Below are positions 30,381 through 41,374 of a DNA stretch of 64,000 nucleotides, in pieces. Position numbers and translations under genes: made by a program. How positions within the stretch are numbered: position 1 is the first letter of the stretch; every line of letters begins with the position of its first letter. The notes below the pieces were generated by a model. It was given only the letters and a program-made list of their open reading frames with translations, was not told where the DNA came from and did no database searches. This stretch comes from Rickettsiales bacterium (GTDB lineage Bacteria > Pseudomonadota > Alphaproteobacteria > Rickettsiales > JABIRX01): NCBI GenBank assembly GCA_965222515.1, contig CBDCUE010000021.1, positions 85,871 to 149,870 on the forward strand, in the 5' to 3' direction.

Positions 30381-33089
30381 TTACAGAAAGGGGCTTAAAA
30401 AACTACCTTCCCCCTTCTGCCTTTCAAGTTGCAGATATATTTTTTTTAATCTATCCACAAAACCATCAAATTGTTTAAAATTATATATTTTTTCCTGATT
30501 ATTAAAATCTCCTGATGTGGCATAGCTGATGTTAAGAGAAATGTTCTTTATTTTTTTTTGAGTTTTGTAATAACCATAAAAACTATAAGCACCATTCATT
30601 CTAATAGTTCTTTTGGAAAGGTTAATTATGCCTTGGCAGATTCCTTGAACACCATTAGATTTTAGATTTATATTATTGAAAATAATATTACCTTTTGTAA
30701 TATTAAATTTCTGCTCTTTTGCTCTAAATATAGTTCTTCCTTGAGTGATTAATTCTTTGCTAGGTGTTTTGAAAGCATTTCTTGGATCTTTATTTAATTT
30801 TACAATTTCTTTGGAAAGCTTTTTTATGGTTAAATTATCTATAACTAACTTAGTTAAATTAAATGTATTTTTAGCTTCAATATTTCTTACCAAAACATTT
30901 GTAGTGTTACCATAGCTTGTTAGGTTTCCTATTAAATTACCATTAATTTGCAAATTTTTTGTTTTAATAAAATTACTAATCAATTTCTCAAATGCAATAT
31001 TAGTGAATTTATAAGTTAAGTTCAATGTTGGTAAATCATCTAAAATAAAATCTCCTGTTATATTAAAAATTCCCCTACCAAAGGCAGAATTGAATTTTTT
31101 TATCCTCAAGGCTTGATTATTGATAGAAAAATCTAAATTCGTTTTTTTTAATTCTAAATTATCATATTTTAATTTATTTATTCTACTAGTAAATTTCATA
31201 TTCATATTTTTGAAATTTGGAATATTAACCAATTCTCTTGACCATTTATCTCGATTTTTATTTTTATCTTGCAAAAAAGAAAGATTCATTTTTCTAGCAT
31301 TGATATTCATAATAACATTAGGCCTTTCTGACTTTATGTCTATTATGCCATTAGCATCAAAATCATTGTTTTTTGATAAGAACTCTACTTTATCTATATT
31401 AAAATACCGATGCCTTACTCTTCCAGAAACAAAAATTTTTTCAAATAATTCTTGATTATAAAGAGAATCAACAAACTTTATATTATATGATATATTGCTA
31501 TATAAATCTCTTAACCAAAATACTTCTTTTAACAAACTTGTATCATCTTCTCTATTTGATAATTTATCATAAACATAATTTATAATGTTCTTGTTAGTTT
31601 TGTTATCTTTTAATAAGAAATCATCAAAATCAAAACTCTTTATTAAAAATGAACTAGTAATTCTTTTTGTTTTCTTAGTTAAATCTGTTGACATTTCACC
31701 TGATATTTCACTGCTAGGTAACTTTAATAAAATATTATAAATTTTAAAATGATCTTCCGCTAATTCAAAATTAGCAGTATTCTCATAAGCTATTTTCTTG
31801 GTATTAGAAAATTCTATTTTCTTATGATATATTTTATTTAATATATTTATAATGTTACTTCCTTTTGAAATTATTTTTCCTATAAAACTGTGTTGCTCAC
31901 CAGTTTTTTTTAATATCCCTGTAATATTAGTTTTATCTTCTCCTGTAATACTAAAATTAAAACTCTCAACACTAATTATTTTTTTAGTGTTGAGTTTACT
32001 TTTCATAGATAATGGACCAATTGCTTTTGATTGATAAATAAGTTGTTTTATATTTCCTTCAAAGAGAATATCATTGGTTAAATCACCTAACGAAAATATA
32101 CTATTAAATTTTTTATCTTTACTAGCAATAATTGCAGCTTCTTTTGTTTTAGAAGTTAAAATTTCATCTATACTCAAACTATCTAAATTAAATTTTATCT
32201 CTCTTTCTCCTGATTTTAAAAACTCTCCTTGAAAATTCCCTGCTACAACATCACCTTTGATCAAGCCATTACTAATTATTAGTTTATCTTTTTCTTGTTT
32301 GAAATCAAAAGAGCTATTGAAGAAATATTTACTATTATCTGGATAAAAATACCATATATTTTGCAAATTATTAAAAATGAATTTTTTTATATTTTTACTT
32401 TCTATCTCTACATTTCCAGAAATTTCTTTATCTTGAGCATTATAATTAACATCAAAAAACATTTTTGCACTAACCATCGTCAAATCTCCTTTTATAATAA
32501 AATTCCTATTTAGAATAAAAATTATATTTGAATTTAATGAATATTTTTTATCTTCTAAAAAAAAACTACCTTTTATAACCAAGCTTTGACTAGTAGAAAA
32601 ATTATCATCTAATTTTAAATTTATTTTTTGATATAATTTGGTTATTTTTCTGTCAACAGACAATTGTTTAATTTTTGCATCCACAAGATTCACACTATAT
32701 GGAACATTAATTCTAGTTTTTTTCTCAGAATCAGGAGTTTCTGTTACCTCAGCATCTAATTGATACAATGAAACATTATAAATATTTGTTTTACCAAAAA
32801 GAAGCCCTATCAAAGAAACACCAAAAACTGCTTTTTTTGCCTTACCAGTAATTTTATAGTTTTTTATTTGATGTTCGTGAAAGTTTATATCTTCTACGAT
32901 CAATTTAGCTCTAGGAAATGTTTTTAAACTAATATTACCATTGATGGTATTTTTATCATCTATTTTTTGAAAAATTTTTGCTTCTATCTCCTTTTTATCA
33001 ATTGACAAATAAGACGATAAAATCAAAAATGGAGAAGCAAAAAATATTAAAGATAATATTATTATAAAAAGAGACTTTTTTTTTAGCAA
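30381..33089 (-). CDS. large envelope protein, AsmA-family-like
   Basis: 902 aa. Single N-terminal TM anchor followed by a long beta-rich region. The family assignment rests on architecture only. Confidence 0.4.
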   Translation of the reverse strand: MLKKKSLFIIILSLIFFASPFLILSSYLSIDKKEIEAKIFQKIDDKNTINGNISLKTFPRAKLIVEDINFHEHQIKNYKITGKAKKAVFGVSLIGLLFGKTNIYNVSLYQLDAEVTETPDSEKKTRINVPYSVNLVDAKIKQLSVDRKITKLYQKINLKLDDNFSTSQSLVIKGSFFLEDKKYSLNSNIIFILNRNFIIKGDLTMVSAKMFFDVNYNAQDKEISGNVEIESKNIKKFIFNNLQNIWYFYPDNSKYFFNSSFDFKQEKDKLIISNGLIKGDVVAGNFQGEFLKSGEREIKFNLDSLSIDEILTSKTKEAAIIASKDKKFNSIFSLGDLTNDILFEGNIKQLIYQSKAIGPLSMKSKLNTKKIISVESFNFSITGEDKTNITGILKKTGEQHSFIGKIISKGSNIINILNKIYHKKIEFSNTKKIAYENTANFELAEDHFKIYNILLKLPSSEISGEMSTDLTKKTKRITSSFLIKSFDFDDFLLKDNKTNKNIINYVYDKLSNREDDTSLLKEVFWLRDLYSNISYNIKFVDSLYNQELFEKIFVSGRVRHRYFNIDKVEFLSKNNDFDANGIIDIKSERPNVIMNINARKMNLSFLQDKNKNRDKWSRELVNIPNFKNMNMKFTSRINKLKYDNLELKKTNLDFSINNQALRIKKFNSAFGRGIFNITGDFILDDLPTLNLTYKFTNIAFEKLISNFIKTKNLQINGNLIGNLTSYGNTTNVLVRNIEAKNTFNLTKLVIDNLTIKKLSKEIVKLNKDPRNAFKTPSKELITQGRTIFRAKEQKFNITKGNIIFNNINLKSNGVQGICQGIINLSKRTIRMNGAYSFYGYYKTQKKIKNISLNISYATSGDFNNQEKIYNFKQFDGFVDRLKKIYLQLERQKGEGSFLSPFL

Positions 33090-33202
33090 TTTATCAACAA
33101 TAAGTTTATACTAAAACAAAATTGTTTTGGTATAGTAATAATACTAACCTTTGTAAATAATTTTTTCTCTTTAGTAAATATTTATTTTATATTTTATAAA
33201 AA

Positions 33203-35296
33203 ATGACTTTAAACAAAACACAAGAACAAGCCGTCCAGCATAAGCAAGGAGCTTTACTAATTCTAGCAGGAGCAGGAACTGGAAAAACTAGAGTATTGAC
33301 TCATAGAATTGCAAAATTGATTGAAGATCAAGATGCTTATGCTTCTCAAATTCTAGCAGTTACCTTTACTAATAAGGCCTCAAAAGAGATGAAAAGCAGA
33401 ATATTTGATTTATTGGGATATGAGTCCCCTGAGATGTTCACAGGAACTTTTCATTCTATTTCGGCTAGAATTTTTAGAAAACACTCAAATTATCTTGGTT
33501 TTTCTAATGATTTTAACATTGTCAATCAAGATGATGCCCTTAGATTAGTAAAAAGAATTTTGACTGAAAACAAAATTACAGACAAAATAAATTATAAAGC
33601 AATTTTGCATAAAATATCTTTTTGGAAAGATAAAAACATCTTACCTAGTCAAGATTATCTACTAACTGACAAAAATGATTTTTATGATGTTAGCTAATTA
33701 TGTTTATGCAACCTATCAAGAAGAATTAAAAGCCTCAAACTCTTTAGATTTTGGTGATTTAATTCTCTACACCATAAAATTATTAAAAGAAAACAAAGAT
33801 TTGCAAGAATATTACAGCAAAAAATTTAAATATATTTTAGTAGATGAATATCAGGATATTAACACAGCTCAATATTTATGGTTAAAATTGTTTTGCTTAA
33901 ATCATAGTAATATTTGTTGTGTTGGAGATGATGATCAATCAATCTATTCCTTTCGTGGAGCTGAAGTAGAAAACATATTAAGATTTGAACAAGATTTTCC
34001 TAAAGCAACAATAATTAAATTAGAAGAAAATTATCGCTCTACCCAACATATTCTAAACACCGCAAATCATCTTATCTCACACAATAAAAACAGGCATAAA
34101 AAAAGCCTTTTTACCTCTCAAAATCAGGGTAGAAAAGTGCAAATCAGATCAAATTTTGATGATAACAAAGAAGCATATAACATTTGTAAAGAAATCAAAA
34201 ATCTATCAGGCTCTTTGAAAGAGGTAGCTATTTTAGTAAGAGCATCTCATCAAACTAGAACAATTGAAGAGAATTTAATAAATTCAGCCATTCCTTATCA
34301 AGTAATAGGTGGAATGAAGTTTTATGATCGTAAAGAAATTAGAGACATTATTTCTTATTTAAGAATAATTCATTCTAAAAATGATATTTTAGCATTTGAA
34401 AGAATAATTAACATTCCTAAAAGAGGAATTGGATCAGTTGCTTTTAGCAAAATAAACAATTTAACAAAAACAGAGAACATCTCTTTTTTAACTGCCATAA
34501 AAACTGCCATAGTAAATAATGTTGTTAACAAAACCACTGCTCAACATTTAGATAAATTTGTCAAATTATTAGCAAATACCAAAGCTCATTTAGTTACTCA
34601 TTCCCTAGAGGAGGCTTGTAAATATTTAATAGAAAATTCTGGTTATCAAGAAATGCTTAAAACTAGCAAAGAAAGTAATGCAGAATCTAGATTAGAAAAT
34701 TTACAAGAATTTATCAGGGCAATTGGTGAATTTGATGATTTAACCAGCTTTTTAGATTATGTTAGTTTGATTAATGAAACTCAAAATAATGATAATATTG
34801 ATAAAGTTAATATCTTAACCCTACATTCTGCTAAAGGCTTAGAATTTGACAATGTATTTTTAACAGGTTGGGAAGAAGGTTTATTTCCTAATCAAAGGGC
34901 ATTGGATGAGCAGGGAGAAAATGGCCTTGAAGAAGAAAGAAGGCTTGCTTATGTAGGAATTACTCGTGCAAAACAAAATTTATATATTTCATATACAGAA
35001 AATAGAAGATTATATAATAAATGGCAATCAAGAGCTCCCTCTATGTTTTTAAAAGAATTACCTAGTGAAACTACAAAAATAATAGAGTATAAAAAAACTA
35101 GTCATTTTAATTATTATTATCAAAAACCAAAAAAAAGATACTTCTAGCAAGGTAAATAATTTTAGTTCAGGAAAAACAATAGAGCATAAAAATTTTGGCA
35201 TAGGTACTATAAAATCTTCAATCGGAGATGTGTTAGAAGTCCAGTTTGATTTCAGGAAAAACAAGATATGTAACTGCAAATAGTTTAGTAAAATAG
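33203..35296 (+). pseudogene. uvrD: UvrD/PcrA-type DNA helicase II with at least three frameshifts
   Basis: Walker A AGAGTGKTRVLTHRIA, VDEYQDINTAQ, and motif VI VGITRAK. The frame changes near 33690 (gatgtt-a-gctaat), in the A8 run at about 35130, and at about 35252. The C-terminal Tudor-like tail (GKTIEHKNFGIGTI...VQFDF / GKTRYVTANSLVK*) is readable only in other frames. Confidence 0.8.
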
Positions 35297-35331
35297 TGAT
35301 TTTAAATTTCTGTTAGTAAATAAAGACCTAC

Positions 35332-35360
35332 TTGACAAAGTCCTTTAAAAATGATACAAT
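35332..35360 (+). promoter_or_regulatory. near-consensus sigma-70 promoter
   Basis: TTGACA (35332-35337), exactly 17 nt of spacer, then TACAAT (35355-35360). It lies about 170 nt upstream of the frameshifted ORF starting at 35532. Confidence 0.35.
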
Positions 35361-35531
35361 AGCATTATTAACAAGTTATAAATTTGAATTTAACTTAAGA
35401 ATTACAAGAATATACAAGCTAAAAATAATTTTGAGTATTTGTTTTTTCTTACCTTAAATGATCTTAATTATTATGTTTAATATAAATTTAGGATCTTAAA
35501 TTATAATAAAATTTAATATGGTATAAGCATT

Positions 35532-35833
35532 ATGGCAACAAAAGAAAAAAAAATATCCCCCTTTACATAAAAGTAGGGATTTTCTCATTACCTATTGCTA
35601 CATTCCTCCTTTCTTTCTTTGTACTATCTCTTCCTATTATCACTACAATACCTGTTGTTTCAGGAGTTGCAATAGCAACCCTAGCTCTTTCTTGGGCTTA
35701 TGAAAATAATTATTTTCCTGATGTATGTATCCTACAAAAACAGAAGGTAAAGAAAACAGAAAAAACAATAGGAGCAACAGAAGCAGGAGTAGCAGGAGCT
35801 CCAACAGGTACAACAAAATGTTACAAACAATAA
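35532..35833 (+). pseudogene. small two-TM membrane protein gene interrupted at an A9 tract
   Basis: ATG...GAAAAAAAAAT: frame 0 stops after 12 codons. The other forward frame then reads about 95 codons (VGIFSLPIATFLLSFFVLSLPIITTIPVVSGVAIATLALSWAYENNYF...) and would join the ATG if the A run were 10 instead of 9. Confidence 0.3.
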
Positions 35834-36375
35834 CAGCAACAGAAGACCCAACAAAAACACAAATGTTAATGAAGAACTACAAAACATCTAAATGATGTTA
35901 CAGCTGAACTAAATAATTGTAAAAAATGTGCAAGATACTATGAATATAATAACCTAAAGAATCAAATACCGTCTATAATATACAATACCTTAATAACAGA
36001 GAAAATAAATACATTTTGCGAACGAGTGCAATAAAAAAACAAACGATCAAAGAACAGAGATAGAGCAATCAGTACTAGAAGCAAAGGCAAAAAAAACTTT
36101 TAAACAATATATTAGAGCAGACACAAGAGAAAGGATCTCTTTTCATAGATGAATTAATACATAAGCATCCAACTTTAATACAAGGACTAGTTATTCAAAA
36201 AAGTAATATAGATAAAATAAACTTAATTCACCATGCTATCATTAACCCCTCCACTCAACAACAAACAGCCACAGCTGACCAAAACAACAAGAATAAAGAT
36301 GGAAAATAAAATCCATTGATAAATAAATTTAATCACTATATAAAAATAATAGCATCAACTATTTAATCAAATAAT

Positions 36376-37663
36376 ATGAAAGAAAGAATTGCTATTTGTC
36401 TAGGTTATAGACTCCTATGGGAAAAATGGGAGGAAATTTATCAAAAATATCTGCAGATGTTTTGGGGAGCTTTATTACTAGAGAAGTTTTTAGTAAATAT
36501 CAAGATTACAGCTCAGAATTAGATGAAGTTATATGTCGGAAATGTATCTCAAACCTGCTGATTCTGCCAATATTGCAAGAGTTATTGCTTTGAGAGCAGG
36601 TATTGATCAAAAATCCCAGCCTATACAGTTCATAAGAAATTGTGCTTCTGGGATGGAAGCTGTAACTTCTGGAGTCTGCAAAATTTTATCAGGAAAATCA
36701 GAGGTTATTTTAGCAGCTGGAGTGGAATCTATGAGCAATCTTCCTTTTTTATTTTCTAATCAAAGCCAAAGATTTTTTGAAAGTCTAGCTTATAGCAGAA
36801 CTATTTCTCAAAAACTAAGAAATCTACTAAAATTCAAATTTAATTTTATAGCTCCAGTAATTGCCTTAAAATGTGGCTTAACAGATCCAATTTGTAATAT
36901 GATTATGGGAGATACGGCAGAATTGCTTGCTAAAGAATTTAATATCACTAGAGAAGAACAGGATAAATTTGCTTGTTTAAGTCATAATAGAGCAGAAAAA
37001 AGCTACTAAGAAAGGAATTTTTGGCAGAAGAATTATTCCATATCCTGTAAAAAACAAAATGATAGAAACAGATCAGGGCATTAGAAATGGTCAAAATAAT
37101 ATGGCTTTGGCTAAATTAAAACCATTTTTTGATCGAAAAAACGGCACAGTAACAGCAGGTAATTTCATCACAAATCACAGATGCTGCAGGAGCCTTAATT
37201 ATGATGGAGAAGAAAAAAAGCAAAAATCATTAGGTTTGAAACCTTTAGGATATGTTAAAGATTTTTGTTATATGGGTTTAGAAGGTGAAAGAATGGGCTT
37301 GGGACCTGCTTATACCATTGCTAATTTATTATTAAAACATAAAAAAATCTATCAAAAGATATAGATTTATTTGAAATTAACGAGGCTTTTGCTAGTCAAA
37401 CAATTGCTTGCACCAAAGCTCTAAATAGTGCAGAATTTTGCAAAAATAAATTAGGCTTAAAAGCTAAATTAGGCTTAATTCCAAGTAGCAAACTAAATGT
37501 CAATGGTGGAGCAATATCATTAGGTCATCCAGTTGGAATGAGTGGTATTAGATTAATTATCACTTTACTTAGAGAATTAAAAAGACAAAATAAACAAACA
37601 GGAATAGCATCTTTATGTGTAGGAGGAGGACAAGGAGGAGCTTGTTTATTGGAGGTAAATTAA
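36376..37663 (+). pseudogene. acetyl-CoA acetyltransferase (thiolase) with multiple frameshifts
   Basis: Thiolase blocks are scattered over three frames: NCASGMEAVTSG (active-site Cys), GVESMSN, NGTVTAGN, EINEAFASQ, NVNGGAISLGHPVGMSG, and the C-terminal CVGGGQGGACLLEV. The track shows only the 158-aa and 101-aa pieces. Confidence 0.8.
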
Positions 37664-37822
37664 TACTATATCAGTTATTAATTGACCTTATAGCCAAAAA
37701 AGATGTTTAGTAGAAATTGTTTTTTTAATAATCTGTTAGCCATAGCTAACAGATTATTAAAAAAAACAATTTATGCTGAGCAGATTGAAAGCTATAGGTC
37801 AATTATAAAAACTAAAATAGTA
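37664..37822. repeat. approx. 160-bp palindromic MITE-like element, copy 2
   Basis: Collinear with 20900-21063 (...attgaccttatagccaaaaaagatgtttagtagaaattg...gctataggtcaattataaaaactaaaatagta). It begins directly after the thiolase stop codon. Confidence 0.8.
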
Positions 37823-37953
37823 TTAGAAAGCAACTCCACAAAATATCATCCCTACGAAAGCAGGAAGTAAACACAAATTGTAATCTTATTAGGACTTTGC
37901 TTCACTTTTTGCTATGCAAAGTGAAGCCCCCACCAAAACTATTATATAGTTTT

Positions 37954-38060
37954 AGCTCCCCCTCAAGGGGGGGAGCTATTACCATGAGCCTTTTTTTCTA
38001 TTCTTTCATAATTAGAATTATCTGACAAGAGGGGCGGTAGCTCCTAGCTTTCTTTAAATT
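37954..38060. repeat. cluster of GC-rich hairpin repeats (composite repeat copy B)
   Basis: agctccccctcaagggggggagct hairpin (37954-37977), then ttcataattagaattatctgacaagaggggcggtagctcctagctttctttaaattt, related to 23125-23172 and 26831-26880. Confidence 0.6.
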
Positions 38061-38191
38061 TAAAATTACATAACCACACCAGCCCTTGCTTCGGTGAGGA
38101 ATCTCGTTGTCAAGAGGACAATAACTGCTGATAAAACCCCGCTTACAATATTACTTCTACTACAAATCAGTATATCTATCAATATTGATTT

Positions 38192-38742
38192 TCTAACCTA
38201 TCTCTCTATCAACTTGATCGTAAGTTAAATTTACTGGAGTTTCTCTTCCAAAAATAGATACAGATACAACTAAAGTTCTCTTGTCTGAATCACAAGATTC
38301 TATAATACCAGTAAAATTATTAAAAGCTCCTCCAATCTATAATTTTTACATTCTCTCCAACACTTCATATTCTGTATTATCAACCATATCAAAACTTTCA
38401 TCTTCTAATCTTACCTATAATGTCTTCTGCTTCTTTTTCTTTTTAATGGTATAGGTTTTCCTGAGTTGAGAAATAAACCCTGATACTTTTGGAATAGATT
38501 TTAATTAAATGCCATAATTCATTAGTTAAATCCATATTCACCATTACATAACCTGGAAAAAGTTTCTTTTCTACTTGAATTTTCTTACCTTTTTTAATTT
38601 CTTGAACTTTTTTTGATGGAACAATTATATCTTTTATTAAATCAGACATTTTCAGCTCTTTCAGCTCTTTGAATAAAATAGACTTTTCTACAGAATATTC
38701 ACAATTTGAATAAGCTTGCACAATATACCACTTGGTTGACAT
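38192..38742 (-). pseudogene. nusG: transcription antiterminator NusG, heavily frameshifted
   Basis: The NGN domain is intact for about 80 aa (MSTKWYIVQAYSNCEYSVEK...FPGYVMVNMDL). The downstream pieces IPKVSGFISQ, GKPIPLK, GENVKIID and GGAFNNFTGIIESCDSDKRTLVVSVSIFGRETPVNLTYDQVDRE lie in different frames, implying at least five frame changes and internal stops. Confidence 0.75.
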
Positions 38743-38779
38743 TTATTTTTTAATATTAATTCATTAATTATTTTTTAAT

Positions 38780-38962
38780 TTATCCTAAAATTTTGGAAAT
38801 TAAACTAGACCATAATAAATCTACTGCTAAAAAAAATATAGAAAAAAATACCGACTATCATAAAAACTGAGAAAGCCGTATTAATTAATTCTTTTTTTAT
38901 TTATCCAAGTAACTTTAGAAACTTCTTTTTTTACATCAGTAAAGAAAATTTATTATTTTCAT
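38780..38962 (-). pseudogene. secE: preprotein translocase subunit SecE, frameshifted
   Basis: The SecE-like sequence FFTDVKKEVSKVTWINKK / ELINTAFSVFMIVGIFFYIFF / LAVDLLWSSLISKILG* is readable only by shifting frame three times (0 to 1 to 2 to 0), two of them at A7/T7 runs. The frame of the ATG has five internal stops. Confidence 0.55.
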
Positions 38963-38981
38963 TATTTTTTTTATTATTAAT

Positions 38982-39057
38982 TGGCAGGAGCGAGAGGAAT
39001 TGAACCCCCAACCTACGGTTTTGGAGACCGGCGCTCTACCAATTGAGCTACACTCCT
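38982..39057 (-). tRNA. tRNA-Trp (anticodon CCA)
   Basis: AGGAGTGTAGCTCAATTGGTAGAGCGCCGGTCTCCAAAACCGTAGGTTGGGGGTTCAATTCCTCTCGCTCCTGCCA. Cloverleaf with anticodon loop CTCCAAA. 3' CCA encoded. Confidence 0.95.
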
Positions 39058-39067
39058 AAATTTTCTA

Positions 39068-40246
39068 CTATTCTATAATTTTAACAACAACTCCAGAACC
39101 TACAGTTTTGCCTCCTTCTCTAACCGCAAATCTCATTCCTTTAGTCATCGCTACTGGATTAATTAATTCTACTGTTAAAGTTACATTATCTCCAGGCATT
39201 ACCATTTCTGTTCCTGAAGGCAAATCAACACTTCCTGTTACATCTGTTGTTCTAACATAAAATTGTGGGCGATAATTATTAAAAAATGCTGTATGTCTTC
39301 CTCCCTCTTCTTTAGTCAAAACATATAATTGCGCTTCAAACTTTTTATGTGGAGTTATAGTCTTCGGCTTTGCCAATACTTGACCTCTTTGCACATCTTC
39401 TTTTTTTGTTCCTCTAAGAAGCACACCTACATTATCTCCTGCTTGACCTTGATCTAACAGCTTTCTGAACATCTCTACTCCTGTACAAATTGTTTTTTGA
39501 GTGTCTTTTAATCCTACGATTTCTATTTCTTCTCCAACTTTTACAATTCCTGTATCAATTCTACCAGTAACTACTGTTCCTCTTCCTGAGATAGAAAATA
39601 CATCTTCTATTGACATCAAAAAATCTCCTTCTATTGCTCTTTTAGGTTCTGGAATATCTACATCCAAAGCTTTCATTAAAACATCTATTGATCCTTTCCC
39701 TAAATCAGTTTCTTTTCCTTCTAAGGCAGCTAAGGCACTTCCTCTTATTATTGTAATATTATCACCATCAAACTCATATTTAGATAATAACTCTCTTAAT
39801 TCTATTTCTACCAACTCCAACAATTCTTCATCATCTACTTGGTCGCATTTATTCAAATATACCACTAAATTTTTTACACCTACTTGTCTTGCAAGCAAAA
39901 TATGTTCTCTAGTTTGAGGCATAGGCCCGTCTGATGCTGAACATACCAAAACTCCTCCATCCATTTGAGCTGCTCCTGTTATCATATTTTTTACATAATC
40001 AGCATGTCCAGGACAATCTACATGGGCATAATGTCTTGCTTCTGTTTCATATTCAACATGGGCTGTTTGAATGGTTATTCCTCTTGCTCTTTCTTCTGGA
40101 GCTTTGTCAATTTCATCATATCCTAATTTAGATGTTCCATAATATTTTAATATTGCTGCTGTCAAAGTTGTTTTTCCATGATCTACATGCCCTATTGTTC
40201 CTACATTTATATGTGGTTTATTTCTTTGAAAAGTTTCTTTACTCAT
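39068..40246 (-). CDS. tuf: translation elongation factor Tu
   Basis: [18 protein letters not shown] and NKCD motifs. 392 aa, intact. Confidence 0.98.
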   Translation of the reverse strand: MSKETFQRNKPHINVGTIGHVDHGKTTLTAAILKYYGTSKLGYDEIDKAPEERARGITIQTAHVEYETEARHYAHVDCPGHADYVKNMITGAAQMDGGVLVCSASDGPMPQTREHILLARQVGVKNLVVYLNKCDQVDDEELLELVEIELRELLSKYEFDGDNITIIRGSALAALEGKETDLGKGSIDVLMKALDVDIPEPKRAIEGDFLMSIEDVFSISGRGTVVTGRIDTGIVKVGEEIEIVGLKDTQKTICTGVEMFRKLLDQGQAGDNVGVLLRGTKKEDVQRGQVLAKPKTITPHKKFEAQLYVLTKEEGGRHTAFFNNYRPQFYVRTTDVTGSVDLPSGTEMVMPGDNVTLTVELINPVAMTKGMRFAVREGGKTVGSGVVVKIIE

Positions 40247-40361
40247 TTTATTTTTTATATAAAGTTATTTTATTCTCCTTTTAACTATTTCTTTTTTGAA
40301 CTAGTTAAACATTTCAGCAGATTTAAATTTTGCAGATACAAACTTTGCAAACTTTAAATTT

Positions 40362-40435
40362 TGGAGCGGGTGAAGGGGATCGAACCCTCACCACTAGCTT
40401 GGAAGGCTAGAGCTCTACCATTGAGCTACACCCGC
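40362..40435 (-). tRNA. tRNA-Gly (anticodon UCC)
   Basis: GCGGGTGTAGCTCAATGGTAGAGCTCTAGCCTTCCAAGCTAGTGGTGAGGGTTCGATCCCCTTCACCCGCTCCA. Anticodon loop CTTCCAA. Confidence 0.95.
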
Positions 40436-40493
40436 AATAAACACCAAAATATCTCAGTATTACCTCGCGAAAAGCCCTCTTTTCCAAAAAAAA

Positions 40494-40579
40494 TGGTAGA
40501 GGGGACAGGATTCGAACCTGTGTACGTATACACGGGCAGATTTACAGTCTGCTGCCTTTAACCACTCGGCCACCCCTCC
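40494..40579 (-). tRNA. tRNA-Tyr (anticodon GUA), long variable arm
   Basis: GGAGGGGTGGCCGAGTGGTTAAAGGCAGCAGACTGTAAATCTGCCCGTGTATACGTACACAGGTTCGAATCCTGTCCCCTCTACCA. Confidence 0.95.
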
Positions 40580-40962
40580 TTAAATTTCTAGCTTAATTAT
40601 CTAAACATAAATCAAACACACCAAACTTTAAAAAGGAGGAGTAATATTTAAAGCATAAAAAGATAATTGTCAATTATTTTCTTATTTTTTTAAGACTAAA
40701 AAGAAAATTTCTTTAATATTTTGTAAGACAACATAACTGCACTTCTATTATTTTCAACCATTATAACTAATATTCAGCAATCTTAAACTTGATAATTGAT
40801 AACTTAATCAACTAACTTTCAAAAATAAATTTATTTTTGAAAGCAAAGGAACAGCCTAAATATTATTTTTATAAAGTAAATTAACATCAAAAATATGAAG
40901 AGAAAGTTTTTAATTAGTCATCCCTAAAAAACTATAAAAAGCCTTGCAGTATAAGGGTTTAG

Positions 40963-41193
40963 TTGTATAATTTGCATAGTAAAAACACAAGCTTTTTACC
41001 AATAACTCTTAAAACCTTGCAAAAATGTTACACAAAACTCACCAAACAGGAAGCTAGAAATTCTTTAGTTAGGAATTATTTGGCTAGATTTAATAGAAAA
41101 ACCAAAAGATTTTCCAAGTCCTTTGATATGATTTATACTAGTTTAAATCTGTTGTTCAATAAAAAATACCTTAATCTTAATTTTTATCTATAA
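40963..41193 (+). mobile_element. IS1-family transposase C-terminal remnant
   Basis: EARNSLVRNYLARFNRKTKRFSKSFDMIYTSLNLLFNKKY resembles the conserved IS1 InsB C-terminus (ERhNLnlRqhlaRLgRKslsFSKS...). No N-terminal part and no inverted repeats. Confidence 0.4.
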
Positions 41194-41374
41194 TTATGTC
41201 TCAATGCCCCGTTTCAATGTTTTTTTTATTTGACAAAGCTTCATTTTTTGTATAAGTTTAAGACTCCTTGCATAATCGTATATCGTTCTTTTATTTTTTG
41301 TGAGTGTAAAATCTTCAAAAGCGGAACATACTTAATAGTATGTGAGCATTTTTAAAATTTTATCTCACAACTCT

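Noticed and set aside
33203-38962. Possibility that all frameshifts are sequencing errors
   Set aside because: Not fully excluded for single shifts in long homopolymers (EamA, the uvrD A8 run). However, nusG and the thiolase carry many frame changes and internal stops, some outside homopolymers, while long neighbouring genes (priA, the 902-aa protein, the 1,338-aa LRR gene, the ORF of more than 2,170 codons) are uninterrupted.
39501-40131. 138-aa and 65-aa plus-strand ORFs
   Set aside because: Antisense to the highly conserved tuf gene. These are typical shadow ORFs.
40361-40561. 66-aa plus-strand ORF in the track
   Set aside because: Antisense to tRNA-Gly and tRNA-Tyr, with no independent coding evidence.
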